64,000 nt of DNA, taken from positions 168,228 to 232,227 of the IMG/VR virus record IMGVR_UViG_3300009709_000002; one strand, given 5' to 3'. This document shows, piece after piece, positions 19,104-28,931 of this stretch. Origin of the DNA: a virus (lineage: Duplodnaviria; Heunggongvirae; Uroviricota; Caudoviricetes). The stretch's first letter is position 1. Every line of letters begins with the position of its first letter. The position numbers were made by a program, and so were the translations under genes. A model generated the notes under the pieces. It saw only the letters and a list, made by a program, of their open reading frames with translations. It ran no database searches and was not told the origin of the DNA.

Positions 19104-20414
19104 ATGAGCTTCAAAAATTATCTCAATAAAGCTTTGAATGAAGCACCATTCGAGGATGAAGAAGACGATCCACATTCAGAAAAGAACCTTGGCGCTGGTA
19201 TTTACTGGGCAAAGAACACCTTCCTGCATGGTAGAGTTCATCGCATCAAATCCATCGAGCAAGCAGACTGGGATGAGCTAGTTTCTAAGTTTGGAGAGGA
19301 TGAAACTACAACATTCTATGCTGGCATCAATTTTCCAACTGAAGAAGCTTGGCATGGATTCTTCAGAGCTTACAAGAAGAATAAAGAATTCACGTCTAAA
19401 AATTACTTCTTAGCCTTCAAGCCAGAGCACAAAGCTGAAGCTGCTAAAGTAGCAACAAGAGCTGACCCTAATCACAGTAGCGCCAGCGTCTTCAGAAATA
19501 ATGAGCGTGATTACATGGAAGGTTATGCAGGTGTCGTTTTAGAGCTTGAAGCTAAACACGGTACTGCTCTAGATCTCGTAAAGCTATTTGATAGTAGATT
19601 TGCCGGACCGAATCGTGCTGGCCCTACCAAACTTGAAGCTGACGTGCTTCCACCTGACTTAGCTTTCAAAATCAAGAAGATCGTCTCCAAGCATATTCCG
19701 TTTGGGCATGAGATCAACAAGCATAATGTCAAAGAGCATTTCATGGCGATCAAACAGCTTGAGGGACGAACGCATGAGTTCAATCCCGAAAAGAGCTTTG
19801 ACCAAAAGAAGTACAACTACATCATCAACATGTACAGCAATTTTGATGATGAGATGCGTCACCATCTATTTGAGCTCGTTTCCAAGCTCAAGCTTGAGCC
19901 GCCATCAGCAGAATTCGTGAGAGAAGATCAGAAGAAGTGGTTTGTTGATCATGAGCTCGTCATTAAGCTCACGCTCAATCTTCCGTATGAGTATCTTGTC
20001 TACTATGATGAATTTACGCCAGCAGATCAAAAGAAAGCCGATACGATCATCAAAAAGCAGCTTGAGAAGCTAGACAAAGCCTACATGACAGAAATCGCAA
20101 AGCTGCCGAAGCCTCTTCATGAGCATGAATTCAAGATTGAACTACATGGCGTTCTTGAATATGCCGTGGCGATGGAGCAGTATCACCATGAGCTGACGTT
20201 CGCAGCGCACTTCAATCATTCAATTGGTGAACGTTATCGCATGCTTAACAGTCGTGAATATCTCAAGAAAATCAACTCTATGGATAATCAAGATGAGCAA
20301 CGACAAGCCATTAGAAAACATGGTGAGGAAGTTACTAGCATTCTCAATCAGATGCTTCACGTCAAAGAAAAGACAGTGAGAGACGTACTAGGACGAGCTA
20401 GTGCCTGGGATTGA
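19104..20414 (+). CDS. Hypothetical protein, probable internal head protein
   Basis: Late promoter GATAAATA 19068-19075; starts MSFKNYLNKALNEA. Confidence 0.65.
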   Translation: MSFKNYLNKALNEAPFEDEEDDPHSEKNLGAGIYWAKNTFLHGRVHRIKSIEQADWDELVSKFGEDETTTFYAGINFPTEEAWHGFFRAYKKNKEFTSKNYFLAFKPEHKAEAAKVATRADPNHSSASVFRNNERDYMEGYAGVVLELEAKHGTALDLVKLFDSRFAGPNRAGPTKLEADVLPPDLAFKIKKIVSKHIPFGHEINKHNVKEHFMAIKQLEGRTHEFNPEKSFDQKKYNYIINMYSNFDDEMRHHLFELVSKLKLEPPSAEFVREDQKKWFVDHELVIKLTLNLPYEYLVYYDEFTPADQKKADTIIKKQLEKLDKAYMTEIAKLPKPLHEHEFKIELHGVLEYAVAMEQYHHELTFAAHFNHSIGERYRMLNSREYLKKINSMDNQDEQRQAIRKHGEEVTSILNQMLHVKEKTVRDVLGRASAWD

Positions 20415-20443
20415 TAGTACCTATTAGTGCATAAAATGCAATA

Positions 20444-20472
20444 GAAAAAGGCCGCTAAAAGCGGCCTTTTTC
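20444..20472. terminator. Bidirectional terminator
   Basis: GAAAAAGGCCGC-TAAAA-GCGGCCTTTTTC. Confidence 0.85.
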
Positions 20473-20491
20473 ATTACTTTTACAACCTAAA

Positions 20492-22255
20492 TTAGGTCGA
20501 AGAGGTCAAACTTGCACCAGTCGATACAACGTTGATAGGGATGTAGATGAATTCAATCGCCTTTTCAGGTTGCAGTGCGATATCAACCCACAGCTGGTTG
20601 TTATCGATCGTCGTTGGCGTGTTGTTCGTGCTATCGCAAACTACGATGTAGTCATACAGACCACGACGAACCATGATGTCGTTCAGGTAGCTGTTGATCA
20701 TCTGTGAGATCGAAGCTTGAGTCTGAGCGTCGTTCAATTCGAACAGGTACGCGAACGCAGCCTTACGAATATCACGCTTGATCTTCGTCAGAAGACGCAT
20801 AACGTTAACACGATCCAGAGCCGATGACAGCGAAGCCGACGTCTTCTGACCGAACACCATGATACCGCTTCCTGGGAAGTACGGAATCGGGTTGATGCTG
20901 TTTGGCGTCTGATACAGAATGTCGCGTTGGCCTTGGTTCAGCGGAGTCGACACGAAAGTCGTTGCAGTACCGAGCGTACCAGTTACGTAACCGATGTCTG
21001 TTACACCTGACACCAGACCACGACGTGGACCAGCTGGTGGGAACCAAACTTCAGAAACGTTGTCGCTGTATGCGTACACAGACAGAGCGATACCTGACGC
21101 AGCTACGAATACGCTAACACCGTCAAGACCAGTTGCCATGCCGTATGGGTAGTAGTAAGCTACCGAGTCGTTGTTCTGACGAGCGATCGTGACAGCCCAA
21201 GTTGCCGTATCTTCTGGCGACAGGTAGTTTGGCGTGTCTGCGATAACAAACGCTTCATCATTGATCGAGTCATTAAGAGCCAACAGTTCATCGACGCATT
21301 CTGGGTAGCCTGGGCAAAGAATCAGGTTGTACTCATAAAGTTCCGAACGAACGTCTTGGTTCGAGTTGATTTCAGCCGACAGAGCCGTCGTAATCGTTAC
21401 ACGCTTAGCAGCATCATTTGCACCGAGTGGGTTAGAAACTGTGACGGCAGTGATAACTACTTGGAAAGTATCGCCAGCTACGAAAGCAGTAGAACCAGCA
21501 GTAATAGTAAACGAAACCAGACCATTGTTGTAAGGTGTACCTACTGTTGCGTTGCCTTGTGGACCAGATGCAAAACCAGAGACCGCGAATGTTGCTACGA
21601 ACGATGATGCATTACCTTGTGAAGCCCAAGTTACAGAACCGTCAACCACAGCAGTTCCAAGCGTGCTAGGAGCCGTCGCGCCTGAAGTACCTGCTACTAC
21701 GCACTTGTACAGGTAGCCGTTTGCCGTTACCAGAGCGCCAACCGTGTAAGCTGTCGAAGCGGCCCAAACAGTTGGAGTTGCGTTGCAAGTTGCTGTCCAA
21801 ACTTCAGCTTGAGCAGTAGCTTGATTAACCGTGAAGCCTGAAAGTGAACCGTTGCCTGTACCAGAATAAGCTGGAGTACCTGCGCTAAGTGTTGTTACAT
21901 CGCCGTCGGTCAAGTCTACGTCTGCACGTACAACGTACGCTACGTTACCCTGAGCCAAGAATTGGTTAAGTGCGAAGAGGCCATATTCGTTACGTGCGTC
22001 GCCGTTTAGCTGATTACCAGCCGTGTCGGTGCGGAAGTATGGAATGCCGTACAGCTGCGTCGATGTGTTGATCGACGTCACGGTACGAACTACCGAGTGT
22101 TCTTGAGTACCAAGAGCTGCAGTCACGCCGTCCGGTTGAAACTTATTCGCACGTGTTCCTACGAAGATCAAAGGAACCGTCGGCGCCGAAGCTGGGACGT
22201 AATAAGAATTATCAACGATTGTGACCGATACGCCTGGGCTAACTAGTGTTGCCAT
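20492..22255 (-). CDS. 18: Tail sheath protein (gp18-like)
   Basis: LVSPGVSV, WFPPAGPRRG, GQKT, DRVNVMRL, LFELND, KAIEFIYI; late promoter 22318-22324. Confidence 0.95.
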   Translation of the reverse strand: MATLVSPGVSVTIVDNSYYVPASAPTVPLIFVGTRANKFQPDGVTAALGTQEHSVVRTVTSINTSTQLYGIPYFRTDTAGNQLNGDARNEYGLFALNQFLAQGNVAYVVRADVDLTDGDVTTLSAGTPAYSGTGNGSLSGFTVNQATAQAEVWTATCNATPTVWAASTAYTVGALVTANGYLYKCVVAGTSGATAPSTLGTAVVDGSVTWASQGNASSFVATFAVSGFASGPQGNATVGTPYNNGLVSFTITAGSTAFVAGDTFQVVITAVTVSNPLGANDAAKRVTITTALSAEINSNQDVRSELYEYNLILCPGYPECVDELLALNDSINDEAFVIADTPNYLSPEDTATWAVTIARQNNDSVAYYYPYGMATGLDGVSVFVAASGIALSVYAYSDNVSEVWFPPAGPRRGLVSGVTDIGYVTGTLGTATTFVSTPLNQGQRDILYQTPNSINPIPYFPGSGIMVFGQKTSASLSSALDRVNVMRLLTKIKRDIRKAAFAYLFELNDAQTQASISQMINSYLNDIMVRRGLYDYIVVCDSTNNTPTTIDNNQLWVDIALQPEKAIEFIYIPINVVSTGASLTSST

Positions 22256-22377
22256 TTGTCTGTTCTCCTAAGGTGGAAATCTTTCAATGAGCCAAAGAAG
22301 GATCATTTTCATAGTTGTATTTATTGAAAAGACCATCCTGATGGAAATTCTTACCATCTTTTGTCGGAGAACACAAC

Positions 22378-22400
22378 AAAGGTGCTAAAAAGCACCTTTT
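22378..22400. terminator. Terminator after HNH gene
   Basis: AAAGGTGCT-AAA-AGCACCTTTT stem. Confidence 0.7.
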
Positions 22401-22419
22401 ATTTTAAGTCTAGTGTGAT

Positions 22420-23067
22420 TTACAGTACGGCGAGCATCTCAGCTAAGAGTATCTTTGCTTCTTCAGTTAGCTTTTGTTTCTTACTGAGATTGTCAACAGC
22501 GGGGATAACGCGTAGATTTTTGATATCGGCCATCACTTCTGGTGGAATCTTGTTTTTGAACCCAGTGATGATCGGAACAATATGGTCCAGATTTACACAA
22601 TCATCATGAAGATCAGGTCTTGAACGCTTTATACGAGTTGGATTCAACGTATCAATATTAGCTAGATACGTTTGATTTGAAATGTCACGAACAATCTTTG
22701 CATAATCATTCCACTCATTCAAATCATAATCTCTGCCAAATTTCTCCATGAACCCCGTCAAACATGTCTTCATACGTTTTTGTGGCCCACATACACCGCA
22801 AATAGAACGTTTGCTGAAGATGTTGTTCATCTTTGCCGTAAAAATGTGACCACATAGGCGACGGCGAACTTCAATTGAAGCATGAACTCCCTTCCATTCA
22901 GATTTGAATTCCTGAATGAAATCATATCCCATCTCATCAAGCCTAGACAGATACTTTGCTCGATTTTGTTCTCTAAGAGATGCTGTTCTGCAAGAAGCAC
23001 ATTCACCAATCTTATTTCCACTTGGTTTAGTGCAACCACAAGTTATGCATATGTATTTTGGATTCAT
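22420..23067 (-). CDS. HNH endonuclease with Zn-ribbon N-terminus (free-standing homing endonuclease-like)
   Basis: CxxC pairs; LDHIVP...NLRVIPAVDNLSK; AT-rich; start 23067 preferred because the promoter overlaps ATG 23085. Confidence 0.75.
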   Translation of the reverse strand: MNPKYICITCGCTKPSGNKIGECASCRTASLREQNRAKYLSRLDEMGYDFIQEFKSEWKGVHASIEVRRRLCGHIFTAKMNNIFSKRSICGVCGPQKRMKTCLTGFMEKFGRDYDLNEWNDYAKIVRDISNQTYLANIDTLNPTRIKRSRPDLHDDCVNLDHIVPIITGFKNKIPPEVMADIKNLRVIPAVDNLSKKQKLTEEAKILLAEMLAVL

Positions 23068-23073
23068 GAATGT

Positions 23074-23103
23074 ATTATATTTCATCTACATCATGAAGTA
23101 AAC
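23074..23103 (-). promoter_or_regulatory. T4 early-like promoter of HNH gene
   Basis: GTTTACT-N17-TATAAT. Confidence 0.75.
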
Positions 23104-23111
23104 CATTTGAC

Positions 23112-23141
23112 AAAAGAAAAGGGAGACAGAAGTCTCCCTTT
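23112..23141 (-). terminator. Terminator after major capsid gene
   Basis: AAAGGGAGAC/GTCTCCCTTT stem plus T-tract on the minus strand. Confidence 0.85.
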
Positions 23142-23217
23142 AAATTACAACTTATCTACAGCTATTAGGTGTTCGTTGCGCCGAAAGTATTGCTTCCGGC
23201 TAACACTAGTTTCGTAA

Positions 23218-24570
23218 TTAAACAAATACCAGGTTGTTTACAACGATTTTTCCATAATAGTCGGCGGAATTCGCAAGCGATGTGTTCGATGCGGTGAAGG
23301 TAGCCTTACCGTAACGAGTCAGCACTGCAAGTTGGTTGTTGTACGTTTGTGGGTCGATAACCGTGTTAGAAGTCATCAGCGGGATGTATGGGCAGTAGAA
23401 GTAACCTGCATCCGTTTCACCATTGCCACCCTTGTAACCGACCAGAACGATGTCCGACGTTGATGTTACAGTGCTGTTATCTACCGAAGCTTGCGCAACT
23501 GCAGCGAACGAAGCATTGAACAGGAACGAGTAAACCTTGATCGTGCCGTTCAGCGTACCAGCCAGGCGTGTGTTGTTCGGACCTTCGAACGAGCCAGAAA
23601 CAGCTGGTGCGAATACCGACTTAGCAGCCGATTGGAGAACTGAAACAACTTGCGGGGACACAACGATGAAGTTACCAGCACCGCGACGTGTCTTAGCAGC
23701 GATTTCGTTTGCGACCTTGTTGATCAGCACGCCCAGAACTGCATGGCGGTCACCAACATAGTGCGGAACACCCGTGAACGAACCGGACATGTCGAACGTT
23801 TCCGTTGCGCCAGCCAGCGTGATCAGGTCTGTAACGATTTCGTTGTCGATTTCGTGAACGATTTCAGCCGAAAGAGCCTGGGTGATTTCTGCTTCAAGAT
23901 CAAGGCCGTGCTGCGATGCCAAGTCTTGCATAGCTTCGATCGACCACTTGGCTTGCAAGCGACGTGTCTTAGCTTCAACTGCTTGACGCAGGATCTGGAT
24001 ACCCATTGCACGACCTGGGAACGATTCCATATCCAGCGTGTTACCACCGTTACCAGTCAGCGGAGCTGTGGTAAGGTCAAACGTTGCTGCTGGGGTGAAA
24101 GCACCACCGATCGAAACACCGGTAGTTGGGTCAAACGGTCCGCCTGCTTGCGATGGGTTTACACCACCTGCATAGAAACGGCGCATTTTCGATGCGTATG
24201 GTTGAACAGACGATGTGTTACCGAATGCTTCGTCGTTAACCGCGATATCACCACCTGGCGATTCTGTCGTCGTTGCGGAGTTCTTGTAAACAAGACGCAT
24301 CGAGAAGATCAGGCCTGTAGGACCGTTCATTGGCTGAACACCAACGAGTTCGGTAGCAACAGTACCAGGGATAATACGTCGAATCATCGGCAGTACGATC
24401 TTTTGGAACGAACCGATGTTACCTGCGGAAGTTACGTCAGCACCAGCAGTTTCAACCAGATACTTCTTCTGGTTTTCAAGCACTTGGTTGACGATGTTAG
24501 CACGGCGAGGATCAAGCCCATCAGTCAAGGCAGACTTGGTTCCTTCCCAATTTTCAAAAAGTTCCTTCAT
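23218..24570 (-). CDS. 23: Major capsid protein (gp23-like)
   Basis: ELVGVQPMNGPTGLIF, AKTRRLQAKWSIEAMQDL, TRRGAGNF, DAGYFYCPYIPL, TRYG. Confidence 0.97.
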   Translation of the reverse strand: MKELFENWEGTKSALTDGLDPRRANIVNQVLENQKKYLVETAGADVTSAGNIGSFQKIVLPMIRRIIPGTVATELVGVQPMNGPTGLIFSMRLVYKNSATTTESPGGDIAVNDEAFGNTSSVQPYASKMRRFYAGGVNPSQAGGPFDPTTGVSIGGAFTPAATFDLTTAPLTGNGGNTLDMESFPGRAMGIQILRQAVEAKTRRLQAKWSIEAMQDLASQHGLDLEAEITQALSAEIVHEIDNEIVTDLITLAGATETFDMSGSFTGVPHYVGDRHAVLGVLINKVANEIAAKTRRGAGNFIVVSPQVVSVLQSAAKSVFAPAVSGSFEGPNNTRLAGTLNGTIKVYSFLFNASFAAVAQASVDNSTVTSTSDIVLVGYKGGNGETDAGYFYCPYIPLMTSNTVIDPQTYNNQLAVLTRYGKATFTASNTSLANSADYYGKIVVNNLVFV

Positions 24571-24602
24571 GGCGTCTTAGCTCCTAGAATTGAAGGGATT
24601 GT

Positions 24603-25517
24603 TTACTTCAAGCCTGCCAGTTTGCGCATGCGCGAAACTTGGTCGTCTTGTTGCGTTTTTACTACTGCTGCGACATCTTCATTCAGCGGTACTTCATTAC
24701 CAGTTACCAGGTTGCCGGCCGGTGGCGTAGCAGCTGGAGTTGTGGATTCAGTTACCACTGGCTTCTTCGTTTGTTCAACTGAAGCTTCCTTGATAACGCG
24801 GCCGACGTAAACGCCGTATGCTTCATCAAGCTTTTCTGTTGCAACATTTTGAAGAAGAATCTTCATTTGTTCTTTTGCGATTCCACTGAGTGGAGCCAGA
24901 AGACCATCAAGCTTACCTTGACGTTGTTCTGCGAGCGCGGTACGTTCGATCTCTGCGAGACGTTGTTCTGCATCTGCCAGCTTATCGGTGGCTTCAGCAA
25001 GAGCACGTTCTGTCTTCGACGTATCATCCTTGCGGAACTTCTTGAACGTTTGTTCCATGGATTCGAAAATCTCACGGCCAAATTCAAGCTTCTTAACTTC
25101 TTCAATATCTTCGTGAAGTTCCGTCATCTCTTCGTCCAGGCGGACTTCGAGGAAGGCGTCGATCTTATCAACGAGTTGGTCGAGTTGTTCGCCGAGCTTA
25201 GTTGCGAGAGCTTCTTTCTCTTCAACAAGCTTTTCAGCAAATTCTACTTCCAGGTCGCGGAATTGATTGATGTCTTCTTTAAGCTCATCGAACTCTGCCT
25301 TCAGGAACGATTCGAGCTTAGCGTCGATCGATTCTGCCAGTTGTTCACGAGCCTTGACGAACTCTTCGGTCAGCTGCGTGCGAACCTCAACTTCTACAGC
25401 GGCGCGTTGTTCAGCCAAAAAGCTGTCCATCGATGCCTTGAACTGAGCTGAAATCTCAGCCTTAGTTTCTTCACTGAGAACGTCAGATTCAAGCAGTTTC
25501 TTCAGAATTTCATCCAT
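24603..25517 (-). CDS. 22: Prohead scaffold/core protein (gp22-like)
   Basis: Acidic coiled coil between protease and capsid; ends RMRKLAGLK; GGAG RBS before ATG 25517. Confidence 0.85.
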   Translation of the reverse strand: MDEILKKLLESDVLSEETKAEISAQFKASMDSFLAEQRAAVEVEVRTQLTEEFVKAREQLAESIDAKLESFLKAEFDELKEDINQFRDLEVEFAEKLVEEKEALATKLGEQLDQLVDKIDAFLEVRLDEEMTELHEDIEEVKKLEFGREIFESMEQTFKKFRKDDTSKTERALAEATDKLADAEQRLAEIERTALAEQRQGKLDGLLAPLSGIAKEQMKILLQNVATEKLDEAYGVYVGRVIKEASVEQTKKPVVTESTTPAATPPAGNLVTGNEVPLNEDVAAVVKTQQDDQVSRMRKLAGLK

Positions 25518-25566
25518 GCTTGTGTCTCCGTAAATGGTTGAAAATACATCCATTCTTTACAATGGA

Positions 25567-25665
25567 TATTTATACCTGGCCATCAAAAACTCATCTTTTT
25601 TGGCCTCTTTTCCTATGCATAAGGCTCAAGTTGATGTTCTTGAGCCTTAAGCGAAGGTATTTATA
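25567..25665 (-). promoter_or_regulatory. Two tandem TATAAATA late promoters with intervening hairpin
   Basis: TATAAATA at 25574-25567 and 25665-25658; AAGGCTCAAG/CTTGAGCCTT stem 25621-25648. Confidence 0.7.
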
Positions 25666-25699
25666 AGCTCGAAAGCTTAAAAATCTGGAAGAACTGGAA

Positions 25700-26026
25700 T
25701 TAGTCTTCTTTAGGAACGTCAGCTTCATCAGAGTAGAATGACAGATGCTTGTTCGTGTCATTATACAAGACGTATGCGTTGCCAAAACGTTTGACTTTTC
25801 CGTCATCAGCGAGGCCGAGTAGGTCAACCAGAGCTTCAATGATAGGGTCTTCATTCTTAATGAAAACAACCTTACCCTTCAGGCCTGGAATCAGCTTACG
25901 GTCGGAGTAGCCAACGTGAACACGCTTGAGTTCGAAAGACTCAGTGAGCGATGTAGCTGGAGCTGTCGTTTCTTTAACTTCATCAATGATGCCGAGCTTC
26001 TTGAAAATTTCTGCGAAATCTGACAT
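25700..26026 (-). CDS. Small head-cluster protein
   Basis: Between protease and scaffold; LTE site after a short leader. Confidence 0.6.
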   Translation of the reverse strand: MSDFAEIFKKLGIIDEVKETTAPATSLTESFELKRVHVGYSDRKLIPGLKGKVVFIKNEDPIIEALVDLLGLADDGKVKRFGNAYVLYNDTNKHLSFYSDEADVPKED

Positions 26027-26427
26027 TATTCGTCCTTCTTGTGCTTTGCGTCGAATTCTTGCTTCTTAGCGATGTCTTCGGCGTGCTTAGCAAAGTGAAT
26101 TGCTTCACCGTCCCAAGTTACAAAGCCATGAGCAATCTTCTTTGGTTCTGGATCATGCATGCTGAGACCTAGGAAATTAGCGAGAATGAACGCACCATTC
26201 TTCTTTTCATAAGTACCTTCAGATTCAATCACGAAGATGAAACCCTGTTGGTCCTTCAGGTCATGGACTTCTACAAGACCAAGCTTGTATGTTTTTGCTT
26301 CGCCATCACCCTTGCTAAGAGCCTCTGTTACTACAGGAGGAACAATTGCTTCTTTCTTAGCGGCGGTTGCGATGCGATGCTTAATGCCTGCAAGTTCCTG
26401 CAGGCGAACTGCCGTATCATCACTCAT
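26026..26427 (-). CDS. Small head-cluster protein
   Basis: RLQELAGI resembles the scaffold C-terminus; VTE site; weakly similar to 25700-26026. Confidence 0.6.
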   Translation of the reverse strand: MSDDTAVRLQELAGIKHRIATAAKKEAIVPPVVTEALSKGDGEAKTYKLGLVEVHDLKDQQGFIFVIESEGTYEKKNGAFILANFLGLSMHDPEPKKIAHGFVTWDGEAIHFAKHAEDIAKKQEFDAKHKKDE

Positions 26428-27065
26428 TATTCACCTTTGATTTGTTGGCCTGTCAGCTTTTCGAAGAAAGCAGCCAGTTCTTTCTTGAAGTACTTCTGTG
26501 CAGTTGGATCATGAATGACTGATTCAGCCAGAGTCATAACCTTCTTGTTGTCTTGCAAGCTTTCCATGACGTGGCCAGGGAATGCGTTTGGAGCAGATGG
26601 AGTTGCTACAATGTCAACTGTTACCAAGTTGAATTGCGAAACCACACCTTCGTTTACGTTACCAGATCCGCGTGACGATACACCAAGCTTACCACCAGCT
26701 TCCAGAATGGCCTTGACCATCTGTCCCATAGGGTGACCTTCAATAATACGTGCCTTACCGATAGCGTTAGAGCCATCCATGTACATTTCTGTAATGATGT
26801 GCGATACGTTCTTCAGGTCAATGCTAAGATTGTCAGGGTGGTTAAGTTCACCGTAAACGGTGATACCTTCTTTGATCTTGCGGTTGATGTCATTAACGGC
26901 AGAGCAAATTTCGGCAAGCGGGTATTTGCGTTGGTTACCATTCAGGACATCGGCTTGCATGAAAATACCAGACAAGTAAGAAGACTTACTCTTCTGGTTG
27001 TCTTCAATGATAACATTAGCTACTGCCGGGTGAATGCTTTCGATAAGAACTAGCTCTTTAGCCAT
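26427..27065 (-). CDS. 21: Prohead protease (gp21-like)
   Basis: GIFMQAD..NGNQR.YP, GELNHP, GVSSRGSG, DIVATPSAP; late promoter 27097-27103. Confidence 0.95.
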   Translation of the reverse strand: MAKELVLIESIHPAVANVIIEDNQKSKSSYLSGIFMQADVLNGNQRKYPLAEICSAVNDINRKIKEGITVYGELNHPDNLSIDLKNVSHIITEMYMDGSNAIGKARIIEGHPMGQMVKAILEAGGKLGVSSRGSGNVNEGVVSQFNLVTVDIVATPSAPNAFPGHVMESLQDNKKVMTLAESVIHDPTAQKYFKKELAAFFEKLTGQQIKGE

Positions 27066-27143
27066 AATGTTCTCTCCTGTTCAATTATGATGAAGCTATT
27101 TATCGCTATCACTTCACCATAATTGAATTTGCGGAGAATTTAC

Positions 27144-28874
27144 TTATTTTCCTTCATCTTTGTCCTTAGAGCTTGGCGTTTCCGCTTCAGTTCCTTCGGC
27201 TTCAGTGTTTGTATCTTCCTTGTCCTTATCTTTGTCCTCGGACGTATCTTCAGACGTTGAACCTTCCGACTCGGAACCTTCACCTTGAGTATCTTCACCT
27301 TCTGGAGTTTCACTTTCTGACTCCTCTCCTTCCGGTTCCTCACCCTTCGGCTTCTCTGTTTCCTTCTCGTAGTTGTCATAATCATCCGACACCTTGATGT
27401 CTGGACGGCCTTCTTGCCACTTCTTGTCGTACATCATGCGGACTGCATCAAGACCTGGAGCAATACCATCATCTGGAATGTTGCGTTCTTGCTTCAGAAG
27501 CGCTTCATTCATCTTGATGTCATCTTCCGTATAATTCAAGTAGCGGATCAGACCGTAACGTGCTGAGATCGACTCGATGTCCTTGACGCTGCTGTAGATG
27601 CTCATCAGCTTTTCATCAACTTCAGCTTGCTTGTAGATGTCGAAGTCTTGTGGCGCTGGAAGCTCGATGCGGAACAAGAATGGATCAATGTTGATACCAG
27701 CCGCCTTCAAGTATGCCTTGAAGTGAGTATCGAAGGTGCGATTGATCTTCGATTGAAGACGTGAAACGAAATTAGCGAAACGAAGTTCCTCAATGTAAGC
27801 TACACCAACCTTACCATCTGAAACTTGACCGCCTTGATCCGAGCTACCACGCATGTATGATGATGGAATACGTAGGCCTTGAAGCAGCTTGTTTTGGAAG
27901 TAGTTCAAGTCAGAGATCTCACCGAGATTTTCACCGCCGGAGAGTGTTTCAACGCGTGAGCCACGACCGTTTGCAGATTGAGCGAAGAAGTAATCTTCAG
28001 TCATCGACATTGGGTTGTAGACCGAATCGATCTTTTCCTGACCACCAGATTCATTCGGAACACGCTTTTGGCGAACTTCATTCTTGATCGACTCAAGGTA
28101 TGACTTCACACGCTGTGGCGGCATGTTACCAGTGTCGATAAAGAACACACGACGCTCTGGAGCACGAACGATACGATAGATGATGACAGAATCTTCAAGC
28201 AGCGTCAAGTGACGATATGCCTTGACGACCGGGAAGAGCACCGATTCACCAAACGGGCCAGATTCACCCATGCCGCTCGACAGAGAGAAGTGGATGATAC
28301 CAGCTGCTGGAACGATTTCAACGTCGCCAAACGCGCCCTTGTCATTCTTAGCGCCAGTGCGAAGGTGATAGTGTGTTGCGCGGTTCGTTTCCTTATCCAG
28401 CACGACACCAATGATGTCTCGCGGATCAAGATACATCCACTTCTTGAAGTCGGATGTTTTACGGAAGAAGCAATCACCGTACTTTATAACAACACGTGCA
28501 ATGTCGAACACGATGTGGTTCAAGTCTTGAACTTCACACCAGTGACGAAGAGCTGCACGAACTAACTCGGTGATATTTTGGTCAACAGAACGGCTCACTT
28601 CATTTTGATAGTTGATGTCAAATGGAAGATGAGTCTTAGTGTTCTTGTTTGTCATTTCTTCGGCGATCGTATCTAGCGCTCGAGCGACAAATACGTCTGA
28701 GTCCATGCCTACGTACTGAGTGTACTTAGAGGCACGAGAAGACGCGCCCTTCATAACCTTCGTGTACCACGAGAAGTTATTGAAGAACTTTGTTTCCTCT
28801 GGACTAGCGTTGTATGTCGTCTTTACCGGAGCCGGTTTGACAATACGCCAATAGTCTGTGAAAATTCCAGCCAT
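27144..28874 (-). CDS. 20: Portal protein (gp20-like) with acidic C-terminal tail
   Basis: LLEDSVIIYRIVRAPERRVFFIDTGNMP, EDYFF, GGENLGEISD; late promoter 28906-28912. Confidence 0.96.
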   Translation of the reverse strand: MAGIFTDYWRIVKPAPVKTTYNASPEETKFFNNFSWYTKVMKGASSRASKYTQYVGMDSDVFVARALDTIAEEMTNKNTKTHLPFDINYQNEVSRSVDQNITELVRAALRHWCEVQDLNHIVFDIARVVIKYGDCFFRKTSDFKKWMYLDPRDIIGVVLDKETNRATHYHLRTGAKNDKGAFGDVEIVPAAGIIHFSLSSGMGESGPFGESVLFPVVKAYRHLTLLEDSVIIYRIVRAPERRVFFIDTGNMPPQRVKSYLESIKNEVRQKRVPNESGGQEKIDSVYNPMSMTEDYFFAQSANGRGSRVETLSGGENLGEISDLNYFQNKLLQGLRIPSSYMRGSSDQGGQVSDGKVGVAYIEELRFANFVSRLQSKINRTFDTHFKAYLKAAGINIDPFLFRIELPAPQDFDIYKQAEVDEKLMSIYSSVKDIESISARYGLIRYLNYTEDDIKMNEALLKQERNIPDDGIAPGLDAVRMMYDKKWQEGRPDIKVSDDYDNYEKETEKPKGEEPEGEESESETPEGEDTQGEGSESEGSTSEDTSEDKDKDKEDTNTEAEGTEAETPSSKDKDEGK

Positions 28875-28931
28875 GTAGATATTCTCTATTAAGTTGTGAT
28901 GGGTTTATTTATGGACCCACCAAGAATGGCA

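Noticed and set aside
23650-24810. 386-aa plus-strand ORF antisense to the major capsid gene
   Set aside because: Shadow ORF expected from strong codon bias of the capsid gene; no RBS or recognisable motifs
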